A stretch of DNA of 64,000 bases, from positions 992,001 through 1,056,000 of the forward strand of contig CDROCS010000506.1 of the NCBI GenBank assembly GCA_977020255.1, read 5' to 3'. Shown here in pieces: positions 34,759 to 44,267 of the stretch. How positions within the stretch are numbered: the stretch's first letter is position 1; every line of letters begins with the position of its first letter. Position numbers and translations under genes: made by a program. The notes beneath the pieces are model-generated. The model was not told the DNA's origin, made no database searches, and saw only the letters and a program-made list of their open reading frames with translations. Source of the DNA: Obrimoposthia wandeli. Taxonomy: Eukaryota.

Positions 34759-35532
34759 ATGAAGCTCACCCTTATCGTCATCGCCATTGCTGTGCTACTT
34801 TTTTTAGTTATCGGCTATAACATCATTTTGCAGTTCAAGCGTAAAGCTGAAACAGAAAAACGTCAGATCATCATCAAACATAAACAAGTCATTCAAGAAA
34901 CTGAAGAATTGCTACTCAACGCCACATCACTACCGTACAGTAAAGTACTTACGTTAGTGCTGCACAGTCGTATGCATGACTCGCTCGCTTCAACCTTGCA
35001 AATGGACCCGAGTTTGCCGCAAGCACGACAACGTTTAGCGAATGTCAAAGCGCAAATGGCGCAATTAAGAGAGTCTCCGGCTCAAATCGAAGAAAAGATG
35101 TTCCGCTCTCCCAATTCTGATCGTGAAGCCATTGTATTACTTCAACAAATTAAAAAAATTCGAGCCGTATTACGTGCCGAGCATGCAAAAAGTAAACTGA
35201 ACACCCAAACCTTCGTGATTGAAGATCGTAAACTTGAATTAATGCAGCTGAATGTCAATATCGATAATTTATTGAAACGTGCTTATGAAGCGCGTGCAAC
35301 GAGTCAGTTCGGTTCTTGCAAGCAATTATTGCGTAAAGGCATTGATACCTTAAATAACATTAATGATAAGAATGAATCACTTATTACTAAACAACAGAAG
35401 TTGACGTCCTTGCTTAACGACGTTAATGAACAGCTTACTCAAGCCTCTTCAGATGATTTAAAAGATCGCCAAGAAAAAGAAGATGAAAAGAACGAATTAG
35501 ATTTACTGTTTCAACCAAAACAAAAATGGTAG
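34759..35532 (+). CDS. conserved single-TM helical protein (family often auto-labelled 'DNA repair protein' in Vibrio/Shewanella; function unproven)
   Basis: N-terminal TM, long helical/coiled-coil body, C-terminal ELDLLFQPKQKW. The family link is from memory. Confidence 0.65.
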   Translation: MKLTLIVIAIAVLLFLVIGYNIILQFKRKAETEKRQIIIKHKQVIQETEELLLNATSLPYSKVLTLVLHSRMHDSLASTLQMDPSLPQARQRLANVKAQMAQLRESPAQIEEKMFRSPNSDREAIVLLQQIKKIRAVLRAEHAKSKLNTQTFVIEDRKLELMQLNVNIDNLLKRAYEARATSQFGSCKQLLRKGIDTLNNINDKNESLITKQQKLTSLLNDVNEQLTQASSDDLKDRQEKEDEKNELDLLFQPKQKW

Positions 35533-35649
35533 GAATTTAAATTATAGAATAAAACACGTTGTGAGAGCTTCATTAATATTAATGTCACTATCACAACGCA
35601 ATTCCCTTACTAATTCAATTCAATACATTGCCTTACCAATACCAATAAA

Positions 35650-36930
35650 TTACTTTTCCTGTAGACGTTGATCTCGACGCTCTACAGAGCCAAACTCTGC
35701 CGCTAAGTCTAATCCTAACAACGCGCGTCTCAGCATATCTAATGCAATATATAACGCGACAGTACGGATACCTTGGCGCCCCCAACGTGGGATAAATAGC
35801 AGCTGACTATAGGTACGTGTTTTAGTGGCCAGTGCAAAAGCCACCGTGCCAACTGGTTTTTCATCACTGCCGCCACCAGGGCCTGCAATACCTGACACCG
35901 CAATACCAAAATCAACACCAGCATTAAGCATCGCGCCTTCAGCCATCTCGGCTGCAACTTCGATTGATACTGCGCCGTGGTTAGCCAATGTAGTTTGCTT
36001 CACATTCACTAAACGGCTTTTAGACTCATTACTATAAGTCACATGGCTTGAATCGAGATAACCAGAGCTACCAGCCACGGCAATTAATTCACTCGCTATC
36101 ATGCCGCCAGTGCACGATTCGGCAAGTGACAAGGTTTGTTTTTTATCAAGCATCAGGTTTTGCAAGTATTCAGCAAACGATGTATCGCCTTCAAACAGAA
36201 TAAAACCAGCTAACTCAGTAAGTACTCGCGTTCTTGCCAACGCTAAATCAGCGCTATTAGTCGACAGTAATTTGACTTCAACCATGGGAAAATCAACGCG
36301 AAAACCTAAGGTGATCGAGTCTGGTAAATTTAACGTCTGCAATTGCTCATTCATCACAGCTTCAGAAATACCAAAGGTTTTGATTTTGATTAAAGTCGGG
36401 ACTTTCACCGCAGCAAACCGTTGTTGAATATCCGGTAATATTTGTTCTGATACCATATGCTTAAATTCACTTGGTACACCAGGCGTAAAATAAAAACGCG
36501 CGCGATTGAATTGAAAACTAAAACCGCACGCAGTACCAACCGCATTATCAACCACTTCACTGCCTTGCGGTAACCAAGCTTGTTTTTCATTACTCGCAGA
36601 CAAAGGTCGATTGGATTTAGCATATTTAACCACGAGATGATCAAACCATGCTTGCGAACGCACTAAAGGTACGCCCATTGCTTTGGCTGCAGCCTCTGCA
36701 CTGAGATCATCCGATGTAGGCCCTAAACCACCATTCATGATCACGACATCTGCACGATGGCTGGTTTCGGTGATAATGTCGATAAGCGACGCTAAATCAT
36801 CAGCCACCGTATGGCGGCGGGTAAACGAGCGACCTTGGTCAAAAAAAAGTTGTGATATCCACGCGGCATTGGTATCAACAATTTGGCCTGATAATACTTC
36901 GTCGCCAGTACTAATAAATTCAATACGCAT
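35650..36930 (-). CDS. cinA: CinA family protein (MocF-like domain fused to PncC NMN deamidase)
   Basis: STGDEVLSGQIVDTN, GGLGPTSDD, LAESCTGG and SGIAGPGGGSDEKPVG. Confidence 0.92.
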   Translation of the reverse strand: MRIEFISTGDEVLSGQIVDTNAAWISQLFFDQGRSFTRRHTVADDLASLIDIITETSHRADVVIMNGGLGPTSDDLSAEAAAKAMGVPLVRSQAWFDHLVVKYAKSNRPLSASNEKQAWLPQGSEVVDNAVGTACGFSFQFNRARFYFTPGVPSEFKHMVSEQILPDIQQRFAAVKVPTLIKIKTFGISEAVMNEQLQTLNLPDSITLGFRVDFPMVEVKLLSTNSADLALARTRVLTELAGFILFEGDTSFAEYLQNLMLDKKQTLSLAESCTGGMIASELIAVAGSSGYLDSSHVTYSNESKSRLVNVKQTTLANHGAVSIEVAAEMAEGAMLNAGVDFGIAVSGIAGPGGGSDEKPVGTVAFALATKTRTYSQLLFIPRWGRQGIRTVALYIALDMLRRALLGLDLAAEFGSVERRDQRLQEK

Positions 36931-38117
36931 TAACTGTCCTTATTTGCTCTATCCGTTAATATGAAATAACTGAGAAACGATAATATCCCACAACCGCTAA
37001 TCACCATGATCATCGGCAGCGGCGTGCCGTCATGCAAAACACTAACAACTAAACCTGAAATAGCACCAAAACCAAAACGGATTGTCGCCGATAAAGCCGA
37101 TGCTGTGCCGGATATATGTGGAAATTCAGCCAATACCCCTGTCATCACATTCGAACCGATAAGGCTAATTAACGAAATATAAGCAACGGTAGAAACAACT
37201 AATCCAGCTAAACCAAATGTCAGGTTCATATTTAATAACCAAAATAACACCGACACCACAGCGCTAATAATAATACCCGCACGTAATATCTGGTGATAAC
37301 CAAAACGCATGACTATTTTGGCGTTTATCCAAGTCACCACCATCATACCGAGAATATTACACGCAAATAGATAGCCGTAAGCTTGCGCATCAATACCAAA
37401 ATATTCGATATAGACAAATGGCGATGCGGTGAGAAATGCGAACATTCCAGAGACATTAAACCCACCACACAGCATCAAACCAAGTACTTTACGATTACGT
37501 AAAATAAGCCCGTAATTACGAAATACCTGCGGTAAATTAAAGACAACGCGACGCTCTTTCGGTAATGTTTCTTTAATGCCGATAAAGCTCACGAATAAAC
37601 ATATAGTCGTCACTACAGCGAGAGCAACAAAAATACTCGGCCAACTAAACCATACCAATAACTGCGCGCCAATTAGCGGGGCAACCAGCGGAGCAAGTGT
37701 CATAGAGAGTACGACATAAGACATCATTTTAGAAAACATCGAGCCGGAAAATAGATCGCGTAGTAATGAGCTCACGACCACAGATGCAGCCCCACCTCCG
37801 ATGGCTTGTAATAACCGTAACCATTTAAATTGTTCAATAGAATCGCCGTAAACAATACCAATACTGGCAATTAAATAGGTGACTAGTCCACAGATAAGTA
37901 CCGGTTTACGGCCATAACTGTCTGCTAATGGGCCATAGAAAAGTTGGCCAATGGCAAAGCCTAATAGGTAGGTACTGAGTGTGGTTTGAATGACTTCAAT
38001 AGAGACATTAAAATCGCTGGCAATACTTGGCATTGCCGGCAAATACATATCAACAGCAAGCGGTGTTAATGCTGATAATAATGCAAGAAAAGGAATTAAA
38101 AAATAAGTTTTCATCAT
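36930..38117 (-). CDS. Bcr/CflA family MFS efflux transporter
   Basis: LAVDMYLPAMP, GPLADSYGRKPV, and 12-TM pattern. TAATG overlap with cinA. Confidence 0.9.
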   Translation of the reverse strand: MMKTYFLIPFLALLSALTPLAVDMYLPAMPSIASDFNVSIEVIQTTLSTYLLGFAIGQLFYGPLADSYGRKPVLICGLVTYLIASIGIVYGDSIEQFKWLRLLQAIGGGAASVVVSSLLRDLFSGSMFSKMMSYVVLSMTLAPLVAPLIGAQLLVWFSWPSIFVALAVVTTICLFVSFIGIKETLPKERRVVFNLPQVFRNYGLILRNRKVLGLMLCGGFNVSGMFAFLTASPFVYIEYFGIDAQAYGYLFACNILGMMVVTWINAKIVMRFGYHQILRAGIIISAVVSVLFWLLNMNLTFGLAGLVVSTVAYISLISLIGSNVMTGVLAEFPHISGTASALSATIRFGFGAISGLVVSVLHDGTPLPMIMVISGCGILSFLSYFILTDRANKDS

Positions 38118-38220
38118 AAGCCAAGCGATTGGAATGGCTTATGAGTATATACCGAAACAATGACAAGATGCAGTGATAAGATGAAGTCTTATCACTTTTT
38201 AAGCCTATTTAAACGATAGC

Positions 38221-40332
38221 TTAATTCCAGTCTTTAGCTAATTGGGTATTATCCTTTTTAAACAGTTCACGCTGGTATTTATCTTTCGCCTCTTCAAGGT
38301 AAGCCGTAAAGATATCAATAGCCTGTTGATAACATACTAGCCCCGCTTCAAAGTCAGCAGGTAACAATAACACTTTAATTATCATCGCATGACAGTGCTG
38401 CATAGTGCCACGTAACATCTCAACTAAAAATGAGTCCTTCGTATCATATTTACTGTGTAATAAAATGAACTGTTGGTGTAATTGCTGCAGTGCGTCATAA
38501 CGAGTTTCAACTGCCGGTTTTATTAATGCAATCATCTCATCAACAAAATCTGGAAATACACTTTGCTCTAACACGGCACTATATTGCACCGCTAAATCAC
38601 GGGTATCTGAAGAATAATGAGCTAACATACGGTCAACTAACTCGACTTTATCCAATGTCACATCAGGCAATGTAATATCTGTTTGATAGGCAGAGATGGT
38701 ATTGTCAATTTTGATACCGTTACCTAGGTTATAGCAATTTACATCCGGATAGAAAGTTAATAACTCCCCGAGTCCTTTTGCCGACATTTGGAAAATCATC
38801 GTTGTTTCAACTTCTTCAACATGATTACCAGGCGCGACAAAACCAGATAAGGCTTTTTTATCAAACAATAATTTATCATCGCCAGCTTTATCATAATAAA
38901 TACTTTTCTTACTGTGATGCGCTTCGCCGCTAAAACCAAGGTCCACACCAAAAAAATAAATATTTTTAAAGCCCATTTTGGTGAAATAAGAAAGCGCAAG
39001 ATTGGAAACAGTTGGGTTCGAATATGTTAATAGCGCTAAACGATCCTTATCAAAACCAAGCGCTTCGTTCTGAAGAATATACGTGGATGGTTCAACCGCT
39101 TTCAGGCCCATTAACTTACGATCAAACAAATCCGTTACATCGGGGGTAATAGTATTTAATGTTAACAAAGGTATAGATTTTACATATTCATCATCACTAA
39201 TCGTTTTCAATACTGAATAGGTCTGTTTAGTACGTTCCATTTCCAGATGAAAATCAGGCTTGATACCATATTGGTGTAATGCGCGCAGTGTCGTACCGCA
39301 ACTCGCCAACAAGACTTTGTCACGATTCGCAATGATGTAATCAATATGCTCATCCAGTGATGGGCCATTACCTAATATAAAGACAGGTAGCGTCTCGCAT
39401 TCAGGTAAAGGGTCGGTTACAGCAAGTAAAGGGACGTGTTGATTTAGGGTGTGGTACTGATGTGCTAACGCCAATAATGAATCATCAAAAAATCCAAGAC
39501 CAAATGCGATATGATAATTTTGGGCATTGAATTTTTCTAGCGCCTTATTGACTTGCTCACTTTGATAATGTTGATAGCAAAAGTTAAAAGTCGCATCATA
39601 GCGCCCTTTTACCATTATCTCATTAGAGATATCAGTAAAGAATTCATCTTCATCCGCACCGAGGCAGAAATGAATGCTGCCGCCATTCTCATCGAGCTGT
39701 TTTAAAATACCAGCCCAATCGAGCGTAAATAAACTCGCATAGAAAAAATCATTTTCAGGCTCATAAATATACAGGCGTTTAACACTATGTTTACCCAGCA
39801 TTTCCGGTAAAAAATAACCTAAACCTAAACCAAAGCAAACCATCATATTGATTGCTTCAGGCAAGATAAACTCTTCTTTATGTTTCTCGTGATAACCACG
39901 CCACAATCTGATTAATTGATTTAAGTATTTAACGTGGATGAAGTCAGCGACTGAATCTGCTTCTTTATTAAAATCAAGACGAGCCATCTTAGGATTAATA
40001 CGATATTGTTCAAAATCAATCAAACTATCACGATAATATTCTTCACCCAGCACAAAGTTATTATCGATATCAACCAGGTGTAATAACTCATCAACTTGTG
40101 CTAATTCGAATTTAGCCGGTCGGTAAGTCGAAAACACGTTATAAATATCAGGGATATAATCCTGAAACGCCTGCATATTGGCTTCATATATGGCGATAGG
40201 ATCTACTTTAGGTTGAGTACTAGCATGAATCGCATCGATTTCATATGCTAAACTAACCTGTTTTTTTCGCTGGGTTTGTTGTGATTCTAAAGCAGCAATC
40301 TGGGCTGCGATATCGACGTTTAATTGACTCAT
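38221..40332 (-). CDS. maf: motility-associated factor (Maf; DUF115/MptE-like) putative flagellin glycosyltransferase
   Basis: ILGNGPSLD, SCGTTL, KPDFHLEMER, PTVSNLA and IYFFGVDLGF motifs; lies directly after fliS-fliT. Confidence 0.85.
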   Translation of the reverse strand: MSQLNVDIAAQIAALESQQTQRKKQVSLAYEIDAIHASTQPKVDPIAIYEANMQAFQDYIPDIYNVFSTYRPAKFELAQVDELLHLVDIDNNFVLGEEYYRDSLIDFEQYRINPKMARLDFNKEADSVADFIHVKYLNQLIRLWRGYHEKHKEEFILPEAINMMVCFGLGLGYFLPEMLGKHSVKRLYIYEPENDFFYASLFTLDWAGILKQLDENGGSIHFCLGADEDEFFTDISNEIMVKGRYDATFNFCYQHYQSEQVNKALEKFNAQNYHIAFGLGFFDDSLLALAHQYHTLNQHVPLLAVTDPLPECETLPVFILGNGPSLDEHIDYIIANRDKVLLASCGTTLRALHQYGIKPDFHLEMERTKQTYSVLKTISDDEYVKSIPLLTLNTITPDVTDLFDRKLMGLKAVEPSTYILQNEALGFDKDRLALLTYSNPTVSNLALSYFTKMGFKNIYFFGVDLGFSGEAHHSKKSIYYDKAGDDKLLFDKKALSGFVAPGNHVEEVETTMIFQMSAKGLGELLTFYPDVNCYNLGNGIKIDNTISAYQTDITLPDVTLDKVELVDRMLAHYSSDTRDLAVQYSAVLEQSVFPDFVDEMIALIKPAVETRYDALQQLHQQFILLHSKYDTKDSFLVEMLRGTMQHCHAMIIKVLLLPADFEAGLVCYQQAIDIFTAYLEEAKDKYQRELFKKDNTQLAKDWN

Positions 40333-40341
40333 AATAACAAC

Positions 40342-40659
40342 CTAAAATTGTTTAATAGCAAGATACCGATTAATCGATTTAGATCTACGTTTAGTGGTAA
40401 CTTGTTGGGATTCGATGTCTGATTTAAATGCGTTTAATCGCGTGATTTGGGTTTTATCATCAGCCATAACTTGCGATAAAAAAGCGTGTGTTCGAGGGCA
40501 TTGAGCAGGGTTAGCTAACGCAACCAACTGCTCAATTAAATGCTGACGTTGAAACAACAGTTCATCACATAGTGCCAACTGTTCAGAACTAATAGCAGCT
40601 ATTGCGTCTACAGATAGCGCTTTAATATTAGCCATCAATTCAACGTCACTACAATCCAT
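40342..40659 (-). CDS. FliT-like flagellar chaperone
   Basis: 105-aa helical protein after fliS with LLFQRQHLIEQL and C-terminal NRY; the call rests mostly on position. Confidence 0.65.
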   Translation of the reverse strand: MDCSDVELMANIKALSVDAIAAISSEQLALCDELLFQRQHLIEQLVALANPAQCPRTHAFLSQVMADDKTQITRLNAFKSDIESQQVTTKRRSKSINRYLAIKQF

Positions 40660-40661
40660 TG

Positions 40662-41084
40662 TTAAGCACCGCGACCTTGATTACGGATCGACTCAGCTTT
40701 TAATTTTTCTGCTTGAGGAATGTTTAGCCACGCATCTTTAATCGGAGTTACGAGTGTCGTAATTTCATCTAATGGTTCTATCGATTGCTCTAATGACGCA
40801 TCATTTAAACGTAGTTGTATGTAACGATATAGCGCATCAAAGTTTTCCCCGATCTCCGGGTGAATTTTGTGGTTGATGCCATCAATTAATCCTGATGTGA
40901 TATTAATTGATTTATTAATCGCTTTTGCTCGACCTTCAATATCTTTGCGTAAAACACAACCCTTTGCGATAGCAACAGAGTCTAACAATCCTTGTAACAA
41001 CATAAAAATAACCTGGTGGTTATCAGCCGTTGAAATACCACTTTCACGACTTACTTGCTGATAACGTCTTATATTAGCTCTCAT
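40662..41084 (-). CDS. fliS: flagellin export chaperone FliS
   Basis: YQQV, HQVIFMLLQG, NFDALYRY and IKDAW. Confidence 0.92.
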   Translation of the reverse strand: MRANIRRYQQVSRESGISTADNHQVIFMLLQGLLDSVAIAKGCVLRKDIEGRAKAINKSINITSGLIDGINHKIHPEIGENFDALYRYIQLRLNDASLEQSIEPLDEITTLVTPIKDAWLNIPQAEKLKAESIRNQGRGA

Positions 41085-41132
41085 GCTTTTTACCTAACTA
41101 TTAATGTATATAAATATTAAAAAACAATATCA

Positions 41133-42527
41133 CTAGCCTAATACATTACGAATATAATCACCGGTGGCGTTGTATCGTGTAACCGTATTATCTAAGGCTG
41201 TGTATTTTTTTCGTAATGTATTCTCAAATGATGAAATATGTTCATCTAATTTAATGCGATCATCTTCAATATCGCGCAAGTTACTGTTCAGCATGTCCTG
41301 CTGCACGGAAATCATACCTCGATTTCCTAAACTATCAGACAATACCTTATTTACTTGAGCGGCAATGCCATTATCCCCTGCAAAAAGTTTGCCAAGATCG
41401 TCTAATGAATTACTTACTGCATCATTTAAGCGCTGGGTACCCGATTGACTACCATTTTTCCCAAACGGACTGATGGACAACATGCCCCCTTCTTCCAAGG
41501 ATATACCTGCAGAATATAACGTGTTTAGCTGCTTATTAGCGCCTTCAACCACACCACCAGTAATCGTCTGCAGTTGCTGCTTCACGCTACGAGCTGTTGG
41601 GTCTAACTTAAGTACACCCGTTTCAGGATTAGTTAAAACATTGATCGTATCCATCAAACTATTATAACCGTCAACAAACCCATACACTAAATCCTCAACA
41701 GCGGCATGATCGGTCGCTGTTGAAAAATTAGCTGGTTCGTTAAGGTTCGTCAAACTATTGGCAGTTATAGTGATACCTGATACTGCATGATTAAAGATAT
41801 TACTATCTTTAGTTATCATATTGCCATCAACGGTAATAATTGCATCAGAGGCTGACTGCCCCACCATACTAGAAGATATGCGAGCAAGGCTTGAATCGGA
41901 AGTAAAGACGGTTAAATCATTTTCTTTACCCATCTTATCTGAGGTATAGATAATTTTAGCACCGACATCAGAGCTAATCACGTTAGCACTAATACCATAG
42001 TTATCAGGTGCATCATTAATTTTCATCTGAATGTCTTGCAAAGTATCGGTGACATTGACATCCACTTGGAAAGTATTCTTACCCGCATCAAAATACAGCA
42101 TACCTTGACCCGGTTTTGAATCACGATCAGGTAAAAAATCAGATTCTAAACGAGCACCTTGAGCAAGTTGTTTAACTTCAACATCAAATGCGCCTTTAGG
42201 CACTACGCCTTTTGTTTGAATAGTAATAGGTAAATTAGCACTATCACTACCAGCATCGGCTGACGTTTGTTCGACATTACGGCCCTGATAGCGAATATTC
42301 GTTTTACTCTGAAAAAAAGAATCTGTATTACCGACTTGAGCCGATGTCGCCTTAAAATCTGCAAGCGCAGACTTCAAGGTCCCAACACCAGATAGCTCTG
42401 TAGTGACCGCGACTTCTTTTTTATTCAGTCGAGTCTCTTTTGGCATTTTTTCAGCGCTTACAAATGAGGTAATGATAGATTCAAGATCTAAACCAGAGCC
42501 TGAGCCTGCCATCGTTATACCAGCCAT
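41133..42527 (-). CDS. fliD: flagellar filament cap FliD
   Basis: GSGSGLDLESII N-terminus, VKQLAQ, DAIITVDG, and C-terminal LRKKYTALD. Confidence 0.93.
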   Translation of the reverse strand: MAGITMAGSGSGLDLESIITSFVSAEKMPKETRLNKKEVAVTTELSGVGTLKSALADFKATSAQVGNTDSFFQSKTNIRYQGRNVEQTSADAGSDSANLPITIQTKGVVPKGAFDVEVKQLAQGARLESDFLPDRDSKPGQGMLYFDAGKNTFQVDVNVTDTLQDIQMKINDAPDNYGISANVISSDVGAKIIYTSDKMGKENDLTVFTSDSSLARISSSMVGQSASDAIITVDGNMITKDSNIFNHAVSGITITANSLTNLNEPANFSTATDHAAVEDLVYGFVDGYNSLMDTINVLTNPETGVLKLDPTARSVKQQLQTITGGVVEGANKQLNTLYSAGISLEEGGMLSISPFGKNGSQSGTQRLNDAVSNSLDDLGKLFAGDNGIAAQVNKVLSDSLGNRGMISVQQDMLNSNLRDIEDDRIKLDEHISSFENTLRKKYTALDNTVTRYNATGDYIRNVLG

Positions 42528-42553
42528 ACATATCCTTAATTTTCATCTATAGA

Positions 42554-42587
42554 TAATGTAAGAGGCAATTATTTGCCTCTTACATTA
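42554..42587. repeat. perfect 15-bp hairpin between flaG and fliD
   Basis: taatgtaagaggcaa-ttat-ttgcctcttacatta. Confidence 0.85.
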
Positions 42588-42618
42588 AACATTCGACTAT
42601 TTTATCACGCTATTAAAA

Positions 42619-43032
42619 TCAGACCATTTCATCAAATAAAAGTCCTGAACTAGCTGATACATTATCCTGAAATTTTTCAATGTTAGCAGCCATCTTCAAT
42701 ACAGCCTCTGACGGCAGTTCTTTCAGAATTTCACCACTCTCAGGATCCACAATTTTAACAAGCATGCGGCCTGTATCGTCATGGATACTAAAATTTAACT
42801 TCTTATTATTAACATCGAAATGAGCTTGCAGTGTATCCTTTGCTTCAAGCAATTTTTGTTCCAGATCTATATTATCGGCAGGTTTAGGGATAGATAGCTC
42901 TGTTTTTTCAGGTAATGGGCTTTCGCTAGGTGAAATTAAAACGGCAGGATTGGTAATGACGGCTTCTTTTGTCACTACAGGGTCGGGATAAAAATGAGTG
43001 TTCTTATTATCCACATTGTTATCAATGGACAT
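42619..43032 (-). CDS. flaG: flagellar protein FlaG
   Basis: LNFSIHDDTGRMLVKIVDPESGEILKELPSE...GLLFDEMV. Start moved to ATG 43032 (GGGGG SD). Confidence 0.9.
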   Translation of the reverse strand: MSIDNNVDNKNTHFYPDPVVTKEAVITNPAVLISPSESPLPEKTELSIPKPADNIDLEQKLLEAKDTLQAHFDVNNKKLNFSIHDDTGRMLVKIVDPESGEILKELPSEAVLKMAANIEKFQDNVSASSGLLFDEMV

Positions 43033-43049
43033 GGTAACCCCCAAAGACT

Positions 43050-43078
43050 AAAATGCCCCGCAAAGTGCAGGGCAAAAA
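43050..43078 (-). terminator. stem-loop/weak terminator after flagellin 1
   Basis: Minus strand ugccc-u-gca-cuu-ugc-g-gggca followed by U4. Confidence 0.5.
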
Positions 43079-43091
43079 TAAACTTAATCGT

Positions 43092-43910
43092 TTACAGTAG
43101 AGATAATGCTACTTGTGACGATTGATTTGCTTGACTTAACATTGAACTAGCAGCTTGCTGCTGTACTTGTGTTTGTGCCAAAGACGCAGATTCTGCTGCA
43201 AAATCTGTATCCATGATACGAGATTTAGACGCAGATACATTTTCTGATACATTCGTAATGTTACGAATTGTTGATGAGAAACGGTTTTGTTTCGCACCCA
43301 ATTCTGCACGTGTGTCGGTTACAACAGCAAGCACTGAATCTAATTTTGAAATTGCAGCTTGTGCGCCACCAGCAGATGAAAGAGTCACAGTAGCAGTTAA
43401 ACCAAGTGCTACAGCGCCCATGTTTTGTGAAATGGTAAGGTTAATGGTTTGACCAGAATCCGCTCCTACTTGAATATCTGCAGCGTATGTACCATTAAGT
43501 AGCTCTTCACCCGCAAATGTAGTATCCGTTGATACGCGAGTAATTTCTTCTTTTAATTGACCAAACTCTTTATCCAACGCAACACGGTCAGCATCACTGT
43601 TTGAACCATTCGCAGATTGAATTGAAAGCACACGCATACGTTGTAACATATTTGTCGTTTCATCTAACGCGCCTTCAGCTGTTTGAGCAAGCGAAATACC
43701 ATCATTGGCATTTCGTGCGCCTTGGTTTAGACCATTTACTTGTGACTCTAAACGTGAACCGATTTGTAAACCAGCAGCATCATCAGCAGCGCTATTAATA
43801 CGTTTACCTGATGATAAACGTTCGAAAGAAGTTTGTAAGTCGTTCGTCGCATTCGATAAGTTACGTTGTGAATTTAAAGATGCTACATTGGTATTTACAT
43901 AAACAGCCAT
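43092..43910 (-). CDS. fliC: flagellin 1 (272 aa, sigma28-type promoter)
   Basis: Flagellin D0/D1 motifs ([39 protein letters not shown]). Confidence 0.97.
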   Translation of the reverse strand: MAVYVNTNVASLNSQRNLSNATNDLQTSFERLSSGKRINSAADDAAGLQIGSRLESQVNGLNQGARNANDGISLAQTAEGALDETTNMLQRMRVLSIQSANGSNSDADRVALDKEFGQLKEEITRVSTDTTFAGEELLNGTYAADIQVGADSGQTINLTISQNMGAVALGLTATVTLSSAGGAQAAISKLDSVLAVVTDTRAELGAKQNRFSSTIRNITNVSENVSASKSRIMDTDFAAESASLAQTQVQQQAASSMLSQANQSSQVALSLL

Positions 43911-44001
43911 ATTCGTCTCCTAAAAGAAATCCTGTAAAGGACTGCTGTGTATGTAAAATACAGCCCTTATTCATAATCGGTTATTTGTATCGTCATAAAA
44001 G

Positions 44002-44028
44002 TTATCGACACCAAAAATACTTCCTTTA
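44002..44028 (-). promoter_or_regulatory. sigma28 (FliA) promoter of flagellin 1
   Basis: TAAA-15 nt-GTCGATAA on the minus strand (consensus TAAA-N15-GCCGATAA). Confidence 0.8.
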
Positions 44029-44220
44029 GAGTTATTTTGTTTTTTTTCTATTTTTTTTCTTAAAAACAGAAACACTAAAATAAAAATGCTATTTTTCAGT
44101 GACTTATGAATTTAAATTTTATTTAGTCGAATTTTTATATTATTGATAATCATAAAGATATGAAATAACTGAGGCTGAACATTAAAAATTTTAAATATAG
44201 AAGAGCGTTTAGTGCGGTGC

Positions 44221-44246
44221 TATTTTGGCTCTTGCGAGCCAAAATA
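44221..44246 (-). terminator. 11-bp GNRA-capped hairpin after flagellin 2
   Basis: tattttggctc-ttgc-gagccaaaata; the loop reads GCAA on minus. No U tail. Confidence 0.55.
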
Positions 44247-44267
44247 ATAATATTAGTTTTACAGCAA

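Noticed and set aside
38172-38200. Hairpin with a T-run on the plus strand between bcr and maf as an antisense sRNA terminator
   Set aside because: No plus-strand promoter or other support found; may just be the maf 3' hairpin.
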